64,000 bases of DNA from Basidiobolus meristosporus CBS 931.73 (Eukaryota; Fungi; Basidiobolomycota): positions 58,521-122,520 of the forward strand of contig MCFE01000226.1 in NCBI GenBank assembly GCA_002104905.1. The letters run 5' to 3'. Positions 12,300 through 24,861 of this stretch are shown here, one piece after another. Every line of letters starts with the position of its first letter. Positions within the stretch are counted from its first letter, which is position 1. The translations under genes were made by a program, and so were the position numbers. A model generated the notes under the pieces. That model was not told the origin of the DNA. It was given only the letters and a program-made list of their open reading frames with translations, and did not search any database.

Positions 12300-14050
12300 T
12301 TTATAGGTAGATAAACTGAACTGTATCTGTTGCCTATGTACTACTTCATGTTACACCAATAATTAAGTGGGCTCCTCATTATTTTGAGACTTGAACTGCA
12401 AAAATTTAATGATTGGCTTAGAAACTTAATGCTAAGCATATGTATTTTCAAATGAAATAAACTGGTTGTTAACCATCTTGCCTTTTGAAATAACTAATAT
12501 TTCAATATATGTCAAGGCTCACATACAATCTGTATTAACTAGTATATGAGTATACTATTAGAATTTTATTTCAGATAAGATTAATTTCATCCTTAATGCT
12601 GATCTCCTACCCATTTATCTATGAATTAGTGTCATTCATTTGATTGGAGTATATTTCCCAGATATGTCATATATCTCAGAATAATACCTGTTGCTTGGTA
12701 GCTGTGCCTCTAGGCTTTCTGCTGGTATGCATTCAAGCATTATCAGCTTATAATTGGCAAATTCAACATGCAGACTTTTACCTGGTAGATTTAGATCATG
12801 CAGAGCTTTAGTATATTTGTAATTTCAATCAGAGTATTCTCATTATTACTACAATGTTTAAGTTGTTACCTATACTTTCATGCTAATTTCCTACACAGAG
12901 CTTCTCCTGTGAAATGCATTCTTTCCTGTCCAAACTTCTAGTTGGGAATAACTTGCAATGTTTTCACTAAATTGTTTAGTACTTGGGTTAGAGCTTTCTC
13001 AAGGTTTTCTACAAGACCCCTAACAAATGCTATGAACTTGTTTGCTCTACTTTCACCAAAGTATACTAAATTACTCTAGATCAATATATCTTCAAGTAAA
13101 TAGCATGTAAGCCCACTAGTTCCTTTCATTGCTTCAAACACTTCTTAGAATGTTGCTACATTTATGTCCATTATTGGAGCAGTGTAGTAACTTCCCTTAT
13201 AAATTGTTAAATGATATGGTGGGACCAATGCTGGTCAGTATTATGGTTGCTTCATTCTGCACCAGTTAGCACAGTGTTTTCTCTTCTAGCCCAATGCTTT
13301 CAGTGATATTTAGGCTATGTTTTCTTCCTTGCTGATTGCCCACTGAAGCTATGCCATCTGATGTGCACTGCCTTCTACAATTGACCTACCCAGATCATAT
13401 GTATTCTTTTGAACTAGGCCAAACTTTCTTGAACCAATATTTCTGTTACCATAGCTGTAACATATATTTGCAACTTGACAGGTTTGATTTGAAAACATGG
13501 AATACCACCACCAAAGTGATAGCTATTCAACAAGGCTTTGTTCTGAGCAGGACATAAATGGCTTACAATATGTGTACTATTGAGCTTATTCAGTACAGTC
13601 CAATTTGTTACTTTCTATAAATTAATAATAACACCTCTATTATACTATTGTTACCTTTGATTAAGTATTCCAGCCAAAAGCTTTGCTGACAGCATTAACA
13701 GGCAAGCTCACAATCTGCTACTCCTATTACTGCCTTCAGGTTAGGGCTTGGTACCACTGCTCTATTTACAAGCTCAGGTAAATTGACTTCCATTGTTCAC
13801 CAATATATTTCTGTGGCATCTGATTTCTACTTTAGTGTGAACAGCTCTGCTGCTGTTGCAAGCAACAATACTCCATTATCCTTGAGTATCACCTATGCAC
13901 ATCATGTCTTGTCATCAACAGACATTCAGTCTGACTGGAATCTTGTAAGATAGGCCTAAAGTAAGTGGCAGGTCATCATTGAATCTTATATTCATGTTGG
14001 TGCAATGTCTCAAATTAACATGAGTTTGGACAAAAAATGATATAAAAGCA
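12300..14050 (-). pseudogene. Possible heavily decayed Mutator-like (MULE) transposase
   Basis: Around 13675-13740 the minus strand reads AVIGVAD(C/R)ELA then, after a 1-nt shift, VNAVSKAF, resembling the MULE D-x-E-x-A-x-x-N-A motif. The rest is riddled with stops. A MITE arm fragment lies at ~12160-12272. Confidence 0.35.
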
Positions 14051-16375
14051 TTGCATTGTAGAGTGTCAAGATATTTGCCCTATGGACAAAGCTACTCTGA
14101 TTCTACGCTGTAAGAGAAGTGAAACAAGACCCTGTGGTTATTGTAGAAAGTCTCTCAGCCATGAAGTATGCCAACAGCATAGGAAGTATTACAAGGATCA
14201 TAGCCAGTGTTTTGCCACACTAGTCATATTTGACTATTCACCAGTCTCTACTGTACCAACAATATCTTGCTGGTCATCCAATACTGATATAACAGCACCT
14301 AGCTGTACTTGTCATCTTGCACAAACTGAGTCAGGTGAGTTTCTGATGCCTTTAGGCTTACACTAGCCTTCTGAATATGGCATGCAGAGTGATAGCTCTG
14401 AGAATGCAGTCTCACTGATGTATTGTGGGCCTATCTTTGCTAACAACAGTACCTTGCATGAGCCTGGCAAAATTCCATTATGCAATAACACAACTCTAGT
14501 GAAAAGAGTAATTCATCTATTGGTGAATGATGTGATGTTGTGGCTAGAGAAGTGGTGCATTTCCACTAATATCAGTAATGGTGGCTTTGAGGATTTGCTA
14601 CTACTTCTTGCCAAAATCATCCTAGAATGTAACTCATCTGGTATGTAGTGTGAATGAACAACCATCATGCAACTGGCATTATATGACTCAGATACAGTCC
14701 TGATACCCGCATGTGTCAACAGTTGCATGGCAATCACTTCAGAAAATGCCACCACTGCAAGGTGTCCAGCTTATCAGGAATCCACCACCATTGGGGGAAA
14801 ACATTGCTCACACTCCAGATATATTCCAGTAATAACCTGTCTACTGAAGCTCTTGCAGTTTAACAAATACTGTGAGGCTATAAAGTACTACACTCAGTAT
14901 CAATCAAGTACAAACAAATCCAGTATATATGATGGCAAACCCCACAAACAGCTAAGAAGTAAGGGCTACTGTGAAGGTATTTATGATTTGCCTTTGCCTT
15001 AGCACTTGATGGACACTCATTAGACAAGTACTCTATCAGCAAATCCTGCTGGCCACAGATTTTTATCAACCTGAATCTGCCACAGACCTTACTGTATCAT
15101 ATCAGTAATGGGGGCTTTAAAGACTTCCTGCCACCTCTTGCCAAAATTATACCAGGATGCAACATACCATGTACATGGTATATATGGACAGCTGTTATGT
15201 AGCTGGCAAAATATGACCCAGAGACTGTCCTGATTCCAGCATGAGTAAGCAGTTGCATGTCATTCACATCAAAAAATGCCACCATTGCAAGGAGTCCAGC
15301 TTGTCAGTAATCCACCACTATTGGGGGAAAACATTGTTCACACTTCAGATATATTCTGGTGATACCCCATCTAAACAAGCTCATGCAGTCCAATAATTAT
15401 TGGGAAGCCATAAATAACCACACTCAGTATCAATCAAGCGCAAACATATGCAATTTATTTGATGACAAATATTTGGACAAGCTAAAAAGCAAGGTCTACT
15501 TTGAAGGTATGTACCACTAAGCCTTTTCCTTAACACTTGACAGATTTTCATTAAAGAAGTACTCTACCAGCAAATACTGCTGGCCATTAATACACTTCAC
15601 CCTGAATCTGCTGCCAACCTTACAATATTAGAGCAGAAATCTAATAGTAGTCTTGCTGGTTTCTGGGCCTATATTACCATCCAACCTGCATAGTTACTTG
15701 TATCCATTGCTAACTGAATTTTATATGCTTTGCAGTGGGATAACAGTCAATGGCCATCATGTCAATTGCAAACTATTATCTGCATTGCAGAAGCCCCAGC
15801 CATCAGCAAGATAGCCATCAGCATGCAATTACCGCAAAGTTAGCACACTATAAGCCATTGGGTGAAATATGATATTAATTGGAGACTAAGCATACTTCAG
15901 ATAGAGGGTATCTGCTATAGCAAATGCTTTCCACTGGGAGCAATCCATAAGCTCTTCAAAAACATCCTTTTACTGATGATTAAGTTGTACAGGGGGCATT
16001 TCAAGCTAAATGAGCTCATTGATATACCAGGAAATTTGAAAGAATTGTAAAATATTACAGAGTACTCACTACCCTCAGTACTTCTCACAGGCTTCAATCA
16101 ACATTCATACTCATATGCACCAATAAAAGTGTAAGGACTGGATGAGCTGAATATGTATTTATTTGAGTTGCCTTGTGAAGCAATTCCTACCAAGAGTACA
16201 TTGGAAGCATTGGGAGTCATATGTGGACATTGTAGGAATATTTATCCAGAAGCAGATCACCAATGCCAACTTTATGCATCTACGGCTGCTGTTCAAGGAG
16301 CTTGTTACCGGATTTGGGCAGCTATACTAGAAACAAAAAGCTGAATGCTTGGCTCTCTGCCATTACTGTACCTAT
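14050..16375 (+). mobile_element. Decayed CACTA-like transposase copy (plus orientation) with an internal duplication of the N-terminal part
   Basis: 14667-15002 is nearly identical at protein level to 5865-6200 (YDSDTVLIPACVNSC...IYDGK). A second similar block starts at ~15100. Confidence 0.8.
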
Positions 16376-16379
16376 TCTT

Positions 16380-18052
16380 GATCAAATAGCTGTACTGGTG
16401 TAACAGATGATGTATACATATGCAGGGTGTTTATTTATAGAGATTCTGTCTCAAATGTATGACAACCTTGATATTGCTTATAACAAAAACTTAGTGATCA
16501 CTGATTTGCAATGGCTTGATTTAGATTGCATAAAAAAATATGTTGCTTGGATCATGTCAAATAATAGCAATCCAACTCAATTGCATCATCTTATCCTAGG
16601 TTTTTTTTGCAGGGATTACTACTGAAGCTTTTGGTAATGATTCACTTTGCACACCTAAACTACTTCCTTGCTGACTCTCCTCTTGGCTATTTGTGTAGTT
16701 GTAGTCAGTATTTTGCCTCCTAGTTGGTGAGTGCAATGCTGCAGCTTGGCTGTGTGGAAATGCTCCAGATGATGCTACTGAGCTGGCCTTCAATACTATG
16801 TGCTGATGCGTTCTTTTACTTACCAAAGGCTCTAGTGGTGGAGGCCCTCCATATGGGTCATCATCTGTCAGTTCACCAGAAGAAACTTGCTGATGGTTAG
16901 GTGTAATGGCAAGTGCAGGTGTAACTTGATGTGCTGGCATGGCCCTTGACTGAGTTTGATATGATGCTGCTTGATGACGCAACTTGGTCTGCTCCAGTGG
17001 ACTTGTTTCTGAATGAGCAGTTTGGCATGTTCTTGTGGGTTTGCTCTGAAGTGTTCACATTGACCCAACATGCAATGACTCAATGCAGGGTGCTCTTGAG
17101 AAGGGTGTTGACATAGATTGGACTGATGTGCGTCAGTGTGCTGAAGTTGCAAGGGATGGTAAGGAATCTAGCAAGGAGTGCTGGCACAATCTAGATGCTT
17201 TTGCGTGTGGTCAGTATTTTTCCTCTTGAAGCTCACCTTCTGATTCTGCAAGGTAATCACCTGCTATCTGTGTGATACTTCTGAACTGTTGCCTGGATGA
17301 GTCCTGAGTATATTTCTCTCAGAAGCCACTTAGCACTACTATTTTATCATGTAATACATTAGTCACTTGTGGCAAAAACTAATTTAAGACCTCTTTGGTT
17401 CCCAAAGCTGAGGCAAAGACGGATATGTCCTGCCTGTACCTTGCAAATTGTGCGCAAAATTGTTCCTGCACAGCTTCCTCATCAAATCCTCTCACTCTCA
17501 GCTCATTCTTAATTTCAATACATGTCTTGTTATATATCTTCCTACATACATCTGCAGGCACCTTGATGTAGAACTCATGTCACAGCTTTCTACTCAGGTT
17601 CTTCCATCACTGTTGACTCTCTGAGGTATCTAGTTATGCTAGATTAATGAGTAGTGCCCAAACATCTGTATGAAGGCTCATCATAGACATTTGTGCCATA
17701 CTAAACTCATTTGGCAAGAACTCAAACAGATTCAACATCTACTTCTCTGGTCTGGACCCTGCTTGTGAGCTGGGGGATGGGTTTTGTCTGAGTTGTACAG
17801 AGGATGAGTTGAAGCTTGGTACAAGGACCATAGTGACAGATTCAGATACCTATACAACCTGGTCTTATATGAAATATTCATGCTAACTAATGAAATGTTA
17901 AGTTTTCCATATATTGTGCATGATGCATCTCAGATTGCATTGGTGTGGATTGGATCCCATCAATTGCAAATTTATAGTGCCATAGCGTCCCAGATCAATA
18001 TGGAACTATAAACAGGCTGGCACAATGTGGCACTATCTAACAGAACAAGTCT
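16380..18052. mobile_element. Deleted copy of the two-gene PIF/Harbinger-group element: Myb/SANT-like ORF pseudogene (minus, ATG 17831) plus right TIR
   Basis: Homologous to 50540-51790. Ends GTGGCACTATCTAACAGAACAAGTCT at 18052. The minus frame from 17831 reads ...W(A)LLINLA*LD..QQ*WKNLSRKL*HEFYIKVPADVCRKIYNK. Its in-frame stops are codons reachable from CAG/CAA/CGA by C>T. Confidence 0.65.
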
Positions 18053-19383
18053 GTTGAATGATGTAGAAGTTGGCTTGCAACCAAGAGAAACTTGGCAAAC
18101 TCTGGTAGAGCTTTCCGCATAAATATTAGTTACTTCTTGCACCCAACCCAACTTTGAATTACTTAACTGAATACCCACACATTGGGACTGCTTGTCTTCT
18201 TAATTCCATTGGCATAAGTGACTCCATGTGCACATCTGTCCTCTGTATTTTCCAAGTCTTCCTGGCTGTCCTCCATGTACCAAATCATCACATCCAGCAT
18301 GGAATTGAAGGTTATTTCATGATGAGAGTGGGATATGGTAGTGCCTGTGACTTGACTTGTCTTCCCATCTCCCCATGCATCTGCTCCATAGCAAATTCCC
18401 AAAAGGTGAAGTAAGGTTCACTATTCTCCGCAAGCCAAGCAAGATGGAGTAGAGAATGGATATAGTAGCAGCAGAGATCTACTTATTCAGCACTATGTTT
18501 GTGGTATAGCTGCGCAAATCCTGTAACAACCGCTTGCACATCAGCTGTAGATGTGTCAAGTTGGCATTGGTGATTGGCTTTGGGATAGATATTCCTACAA
18601 TGTCCACATATGACTCTCAATCCTTCCAATGTACTCTTGGTAGGAATGGTTTCAGAACACAATTTGATGAAGTACATATCCAGTTCATCCAGACTTTGCA
18701 TTTATATTGTTGCATATGAGTATGAATATTGGTTGGAGCCTGTGAGAAGTATCTAGGGTAACAGATACTCTTTAATATCTTGCCAATTCTTTCAATTTCT
18801 TCAGGATCTCAAAGGGCTCATTAAGCTTGAAATGCCCCATTTACAACTTGGTCATCAATACTTGAATATTGTTGAAACACAAATGTATTGCTACCAGTGG
18901 CAAACTTTTACTCCAACAGTTACTCTCTATCTCAAGTATCTCTAGTTTCCAATGGATTCTATATTCTAGCCAATGTCTTTTGCTTGCCAACTTTGCTGCA
19001 ATTGTGTGCTGACTACTGTATGTTCTCTCTATGGGAAGTTGATGTTCTTAGTGTTGTTGTTTAGGTAATAATAACATGTGAGAGTTATGGAGTAAATCCT
19101 GTGGGTCTCACACATTTGACAGCAATACCATCCATTGTGCCCAAAAAAGCTGGCTATCTTGTTGATGGCTGGGGCATCTTCAATGCAGATAGTAATTTGT
19201 GCTTTGACATGAGAGCCATTGTGTATAATACCACTAGAAAGTATATAAAACTTATTCAGCAATGGATACAGGTAGCTATCCAGGCTGGATGGTCATTTAG
19301 GCAAAGATGCCAGTAAGACTACCATCAGATATTAGACTTGTTCTGCTGGATAGTGCCATATTGAGCCATGAGTGCCTAATGAT

Positions 19384-20097
19384 AGTTGAAATATTTGACT
19401 ATTTGGTATCATTCAGCAGCTAAAAATTTGCTTAACAGTTCTGGACTAGTCTTGGTCACTGTGGGACCAACTTACAGCTCTAGCCTTGCTACTTTCTTCA
19501 GATCTATGATCTTATGATTATTCCCCTATTGTCAGGATCAAATTAGCACTATTACTAAACATTATGTACTAACCCTGAAACTGCTACAGAATGCTCCTGA
19601 CTATTGAGAAACCCTCATTACTTAGTGTTCCAGCTGTACTACATCTATAAAGGTATAAGTACTGAGCTTCTGTTGAAATAATTAGAGTCACCTAATTATT
19701 AATATATTATGAACTAGCACTTAGTGAAATGATGTATTTCAGATTATCAACATGAAAATTAGTTCGTAAGATATTTACTAATTATTGGAATTAGAGAAGT
19801 ACAGAATTTTAGGAAAATCTGAAACTTGTCAAATGAGCCAAAACTTGGCACATGTACTCCTGAGACTCCCTAATAATGACCAAATAGTTGCATTTACGTA
19901 GTTCTGCAATAGGTATAAATACTGTGTTGCAACTCAATAAAACATCAAGTGAATATCATGTAAATCTTCTAATTCTCCAATTCACTTCCAATATATCTCT
20001 AATATTCAAGCTTCTTTATTAATAAACAGCAGTTCAACTATTATCACTATTTCTTGATAAGTTCCTTAGTATCCAGATCACTTCTTAAGTTGAAACA
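19384..20097 (+). mobile_element. Solo LTR family 1 (older subfamily) interrupted by solo LTR family 2 (19671-20009)
   Basis: Homologous to the copia A LTR. The family-2 insert is flanked by TSD GCTTC (19666-19670, 20010-20014). Confidence 0.85.
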
Positions 20098-20907
20098 AAT
20101 AACATATACATTGTGCAAACATATGCATGGTTGTTGGTATCACTGCCATGAATACTTCCTGAATATCTGCAAAGAGTTTCTTGGTATTTAGCCAATATAT
20201 TCTTCTCACTGCTGGATTCTAGTCCCCCTGATAGGTGCTCTCTGGCTCTTGTTTATGTGAATTACAATAAGAATGCCATAGTGTGCCATGGAGACCAAGT
20301 AAGCCTATACTTGGCCACAAAGACTAATATTTAAATATAGGTGCCTGATGGTACCAGTGGACCAAGATAGTGCCGTGCATTTATGTGACATGAAACAACC
20401 TACAGGAGCTAGATTCAGTGTTCCATGGATGTCAAGTACTGCTGAATTATTAGAGAAATATAATGGAAGTGAATTGGAGAATTAGAAGATTTACATGATA
20501 TTCACTTGTTATTTTATTGAGTTACAACACAGTATTTCTGTTGAAATATTGGACTATTTGGTATCATTCAGCAGCTAAAAATTTACTTAACAATTCTAGG
20601 CTAGTCTTAGTCACTGTAGGACTCATTTACTGCCTTAACTTTGCCACTTTCTCCAGATATATGAACTTATGATTATTCCCCTATAGTCAGGATCAAATTA
20701 GCACTATTACCAAACATTATGTACTAACCCTGAAACTGTTACAGAATGCTCCTGAATATTGAGAAACCCTCCCTACTTAGTGTTGCAGCTGTATTACTTC
20801 TACAATGGTATAAATACTGAGCTTCTTTATGAATAAACAACATTTCAACTATTATCACTATTTCTTGATAAGTTCCTTATATCCAAATCACTTCTTAAAT
20901 TGCAACA

Positions 20908-20921
20908 GGTTATGAGCCCTG
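20908..20921 (+). promoter_or_regulatory. Primer-binding site complementary to the anticodon half of initiator tRNA-Met (Ty5/Drosophila copia type)
   Basis: GGTTATGAGCCCTG directly abuts the LTR and is the reverse complement of CAGGGCTCATAACC, the anticodon arm of fungal tRNA-iMet. Confidence 0.85.
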
Positions 20922-20943
20922 ATTGCCTTAATCTATTCTAAAG

Positions 20944-23900
20944 ATGACTTCTACCAGCAAACAAAGCAATACCAACATCTTCCCTGTAAAGGAGAGGTTT
21001 GATGGGAAGAACTACAGACTTTGGAGAATCAAGATGCAGATCCACCTTGAGGAAAGAAAGCTTTGGAACATAGTAACAGGAAAGGAAGTTGAGCCCAAAG
21101 GAACAGCAGAAGATGTGGAGAAGTTTCAAGAGAAGGAGAGAAAGGCCTTCAATACAATATGCATCAATGTGCAAGACTCCTTCATTGGACAAATCCATGC
21201 CTTGAATACTGCCAAAGCAGCATGGGAATCCTTAGAGAAGATCTTTAGAGCAAAGTCAGTATCAAGCAAGCTTTATTTGAAACAAAAGTTCTTCAACATG
21301 AGAAAAAAGCCAGATGATGACATGCTACAACTCATTACCAGAATGGAGACACTTGCAGAAGAACTTTACAGTTTTAATGCTGGTGTAGATGATGAAGAAA
21401 AGATACTCTGTCTGCTTTGCAGCCTACCAGGCGAGTATGAGCCACTCATACTTTCTTTTGAAAGCAGAGAAGACAACTTGACTTTAGACTATGTCAAAGG
21501 AAGACTTCTCCATGAAGAACTCAGACATAATGATCAAGCAGTGAAAATTGAAGATAATGCTTTATTCAGCTCTGAAAGGCATACAGAAAAGAAGGGAAAG
21601 CAACAAAACCGAAGAAAACCTGGCTGCTGTAACTACTGTAAGAAGCCAGGACACTGGGCAAGAGAATGCAAGAAGAAACAAGCAGACAAAAAACAGAAAC
21701 TAGAGCAGGCAAACCATATAACTACTGATGAACAGCTATTTGTCACTGTACAAGAGAGTGCAAGTAACCAAAGTAATGAATGGTATATTGACTCTGGAGC
21801 ATCACAGCATATTTGTGGTATAAAGGATTGGTTCAGCAACTTAAAGACTATTCCCGTAAGAAAGGTTTATCTGGGAGATAACTCTGCATTGGAAGCTACC
21901 GCCAGTGGGTCTATACAACTAAATATGAGTGATAACTCAGGGGCAACAACAGCAGAACTGACTGACGTACTCTATGTACCTGGAATAGCTAAGAACCTAC
22001 TCTCAGTCAGTAAAGCAACTACTCAGGGACTGAAATTTGTTTTTACTAAGCTGAGCTGCTCAATATTGAGTGAAAATGGACAAAAATTAGCTTCGGGAAT
22101 CAGAGATCACATTATATACAAGTTACAATGCAAGATCATTGTACCTGAGTATGTCAACATTGCTGAAACTGATGAAACCAACTGGGAGACATGGCATAGG
22201 AGGCTAGGACACATAGGGGAACAGAAAATGAGCCAATTGGTGAAAAATCAGCTTGTTTTGGGCCTAAAATACTCAATTCCGATTAAATTGAATGTTTGTA
22301 AGGGATGTTCATATGGCAAACAAGCTAGGCAATGTTTCAAGAGCTCAGAAGGCATCAATACCACCGAAATATTGGCTATTGTACACTCAGACATATGTGG
22401 CCCCATGAGAACACTGTCCTTTGGAGCCAAGAGATACTTTATGACGTTTATTGATGACAAGACAAGATATACATGGGTGTACTTCCTCAAAACAAAGGAT
22501 GAAGCTTTAGATACGTTTAAGCACTTCAAGAACATGGCAGAAACACAAACTGGGTGTAAATTGAAGGTACTACGGAGTGACAATGGAGGAGAATACTGCT
22601 CAAAGGAGTTTGCAAAATACTGCTTGTCTACTGGTATACTTCAACAGACCACAGTTCCTCATACTCCACAGCAAAATGGAGTAGCAGAACGTGCAAACAG
22701 AACAATAGTAGAGATGGGAAGATCTATGCTACATGATAAGGGAATGGACTACAAGTTTTGGGCTGAATCTGTTGCTACCGCTGTCTACATCAAGAACAGA
22801 TGCCCAACAACAGCACTACATGATTCTACACCCTTTGAAGCATATACAGGCAAAAAACCAGATCTCCAGCACCTCAGGATCTTCGGCAGTGATGTTTTTT
22901 ATCACATCCCTGACAAAAAACGCTCAAAGTTGGAACCAAAGAGTAGAAAAGGGATCTTTCTTGGGTATTGTGAAGATACTAAAGGGTATAGAGTGTATGA
23001 TGGCAAAATTCAGAAGCTGATCAAGAGCAGGGACGTTGTATTTGAGGAAAATTCAGATCAGAAAGCCACAGAAATAATTGGCCAGCTGCCTGATGATGCA
23101 ATCAACACAAATGAAGAAGATACGTACCAAATCCAGCCAGAGATGGAAGATACTTCTACCAGTTCCAGATCAGAACAGATTATCCCAGTTAGGAGATCTA
23201 CCAGAATAAGAAATGCCCCTGGATCCTGGTGGCAGACATCCAATGATCATGAAGAAGCTTATCTTGCCTTATGTGCCGAACCTCAGAATCTGGAACAGGC
23301 AATGCAAGGTCCAGATGCTACTAAGTGGCAACAAGCCATGCAGGAGGAGTACCAATCACTGATCAAGGCAAAAACGTGGGAACTGGTAGATTTACCAAAT
23401 GGGAGAAAGCCAATAGGATGTAGATGGGTCTACAAGATCAAGATAACCTCAAATGGTGCCGTTGATAAGTACAAGGCTAGATTGGTAGCTAAAGGCTATT
23501 CCCAGATCCAGGGACTAGACTTTAAGGAAACATTTGCTCCGGTTGCCAAGTTTAACTCTATTAGGACAGTTCTAGCCCTGGCAGCTGTACACAGTCTAGA
23601 TCTACACCAAATGGACGTCAAAACAGCCTTTCTAAATGGGGATTTGCAAGAAACTATATATATGGAGCAACCAGAAGGTTTTACCGATCCAAAAAGCCCC
23701 CATAAGGTGTGCAAACTTAGAAAATTGTGGTATGGGCTTAAGCAGGCACCCAGAGCATGGTATAACAAGATTGACACATATCTAGAGGAAATTGGGTTCT
23801 CTTGTAGCACTGCAGATCACAGTATATATGTGACACAGCTCAAAAAGGGTGTGATCATCCTAGTTCTTTATGTGGACGACCTAATTATAGCTACAAGTGA

Positions 23901-24861
23901 TCAAGAGGCACTTAAACAGACGAAATCAGATCTCTTCAGCAAGTTTGAGATGAAAGATCTTGGAAAATTGAGCTATTTTCTTGGAATTGAGGTCAAATTT
24001 GACATACCTACGCAGAAAATTGTGCTGAATCAGTCTAAGTACATCAGGGACATTCTTAGACGCTTCAAGATGGAAAATTGCAAACCTGCAGCAACCCCTA
24101 TGGACAATAACCTGAAATTAAGCAAATCTCAGCCAGTTATAGATGAAAACGGCTCAAATATGGACCAAAACTTTCCCTATCAATCAATGATCGGTAGCCT
24201 AATGTACTTGATGGTGTCTACACGTCCAGATATTGCAGTAGCAGTTGGAATAGTCAGTCAATTCATGCAGAATTATGGATCAGATCAAATTGCAGCAGTT
24301 AAGCGGATTTTCAGATATCTACAAGGTACCATAAATATGGTACTGGAATACTCTGGAGCAGCTAATAGGCAAATATTTGATGGTTATAGTGATTCAGATT
24401 GGGGTAGGGATTTGATTGATAGACGCTCTACCACAGGCTATGTATTTCTTTATGCTGGTGCAGCTATTACTTGGAATTGCAAGAAACAACCAACTGTGGC
24501 ACTATCTACAACTGAAGCCAAATATATGGCTGCATGTCAAGCAACTAAGGAGGCTATATGGCTACAAAAATTATTCAAAGACTTAGGTTTTAATTCAGGT
24601 GAACCAACATATATTTACAAGGATAATCAAAGTTGTATTTCATTAGCTAGAAATCCTACTAATCATGCCAGAACTAAGCACATTGATATACAGCATCACT
24701 TTGTGAGGGAAGCTGTAGAAAATAACTTAGTAGAGCTGGTTTACTGCCCAACTGACAAAATGGTGGCAGACATATTGACAAAACCACTAGCTAGGCCACA
24801 GTTTGAGATGCTTAGAGAGAAATTGGGATTAAGAAATTATTTGGTTGAGGGGGAGTGTTGA
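20944..24861 (+). CDS. Copia gag-pol polyprotein, 1305 aa (Gag, CCHC knuckle, PR, IN, RT, RNase H)
   Basis: CNYCKKPGHWAREC; WYIDSGAS; HRRLGH..C..C; VHSDICG/RSDNGGEY/NGVAER; LYVDD; YSDSDW..TEA(K)Y..DNQ..ADI. The last codon and stop overlap the 3' LTR. Confidence 0.97.
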   Translation: MTSTSKQSNTNIFPVKERFDGKNYRLWRIKMQIHLEERKLWNIVTGKEVEPKGTAEDVEKFQEKERKAFNTICINVQDSFIGQIHALNTAKAAWESLEKIFRAKSVSSKLYLKQKFFNMRKKPDDDMLQLITRMETLAEELYSFNAGVDDEEKILCLLCSLPGEYEPLILSFESREDNLTLDYVKGRLLHEELRHNDQAVKIEDNALFSSERHTEKKGKQQNRRKPGCCNYCKKPGHWARECKKKQADKKQKLEQANHITTDEQLFVTVQESASNQSNEWYIDSGASQHICGIKDWFSNLKTIPVRKVYLGDNSALEATASGSIQLNMSDNSGATTAELTDVLYVPGIAKNLLSVSKATTQGLKFVFTKLSCSILSENGQKLASGIRDHIIYKLQCKIIVPEYVNIAETDETNWETWHRRLGHIGEQKMSQLVKNQLVLGLKYSIPIKLNVCKGCSYGKQARQCFKSSEGINTTEILAIVHSDICGPMRTLSFGAKRYFMTFIDDKTRYTWVYFLKTKDEALDTFKHFKNMAETQTGCKLKVLRSDNGGEYCSKEFAKYCLSTGILQQTTVPHTPQQNGVAERANRTIVEMGRSMLHDKGMDYKFWAESVATAVYIKNRCPTTALHDSTPFEAYTGKKPDLQHLRIFGSDVFYHIPDKKRSKLEPKSRKGIFLGYCEDTKGYRVYDGKIQKLIKSRDVVFEENSDQKATEIIGQLPDDAINTNEEDTYQIQPEMEDTSTSSRSEQIIPVRRSTRIRNAPGSWWQTSNDHEEAYLALCAEPQNLEQAMQGPDATKWQQAMQEEYQSLIKAKTWELVDLPNGRKPIGCRWVYKIKITSNGAVDKYKARLVAKGYSQIQGLDFKETFAPVAKFNSIRTVLALAAVHSLDLHQMDVKTAFLNGDLQETIYMEQPEGFTDPKSPHKVCKLRKLWYGLKQAPRAWYNKIDTYLEEIGFSCSTADHSIYVTQLKKGVIILVLYVDDLIIATSDQEALKQTKSDLFSKFEMKDLGKLSYFLGIEVKFDIPTQKIVLNQSKYIRDILRRFKMENCKPAATPMDNNLKLSKSQPVIDENGSNMDQNFPYQSMIGSLMYLMVSTRPDIAVAVGIVSQFMQNYGSDQIAAVKRIFRYLQGTINMVLEYSGAANRQIFDGYSDSDWGRDLIDRRSTTGYVFLYAGAAITWNCKKQPTVALSTTEAKYMAACQATKEAIWLQKLFKDLGFNSGEPTYIYKDNQSCISLARNPTNHARTKHIDIQHHFVREAVENNLVELVYCPTDKMVADILTKPLARPQFEMLREKLGLRNYLVEGEC

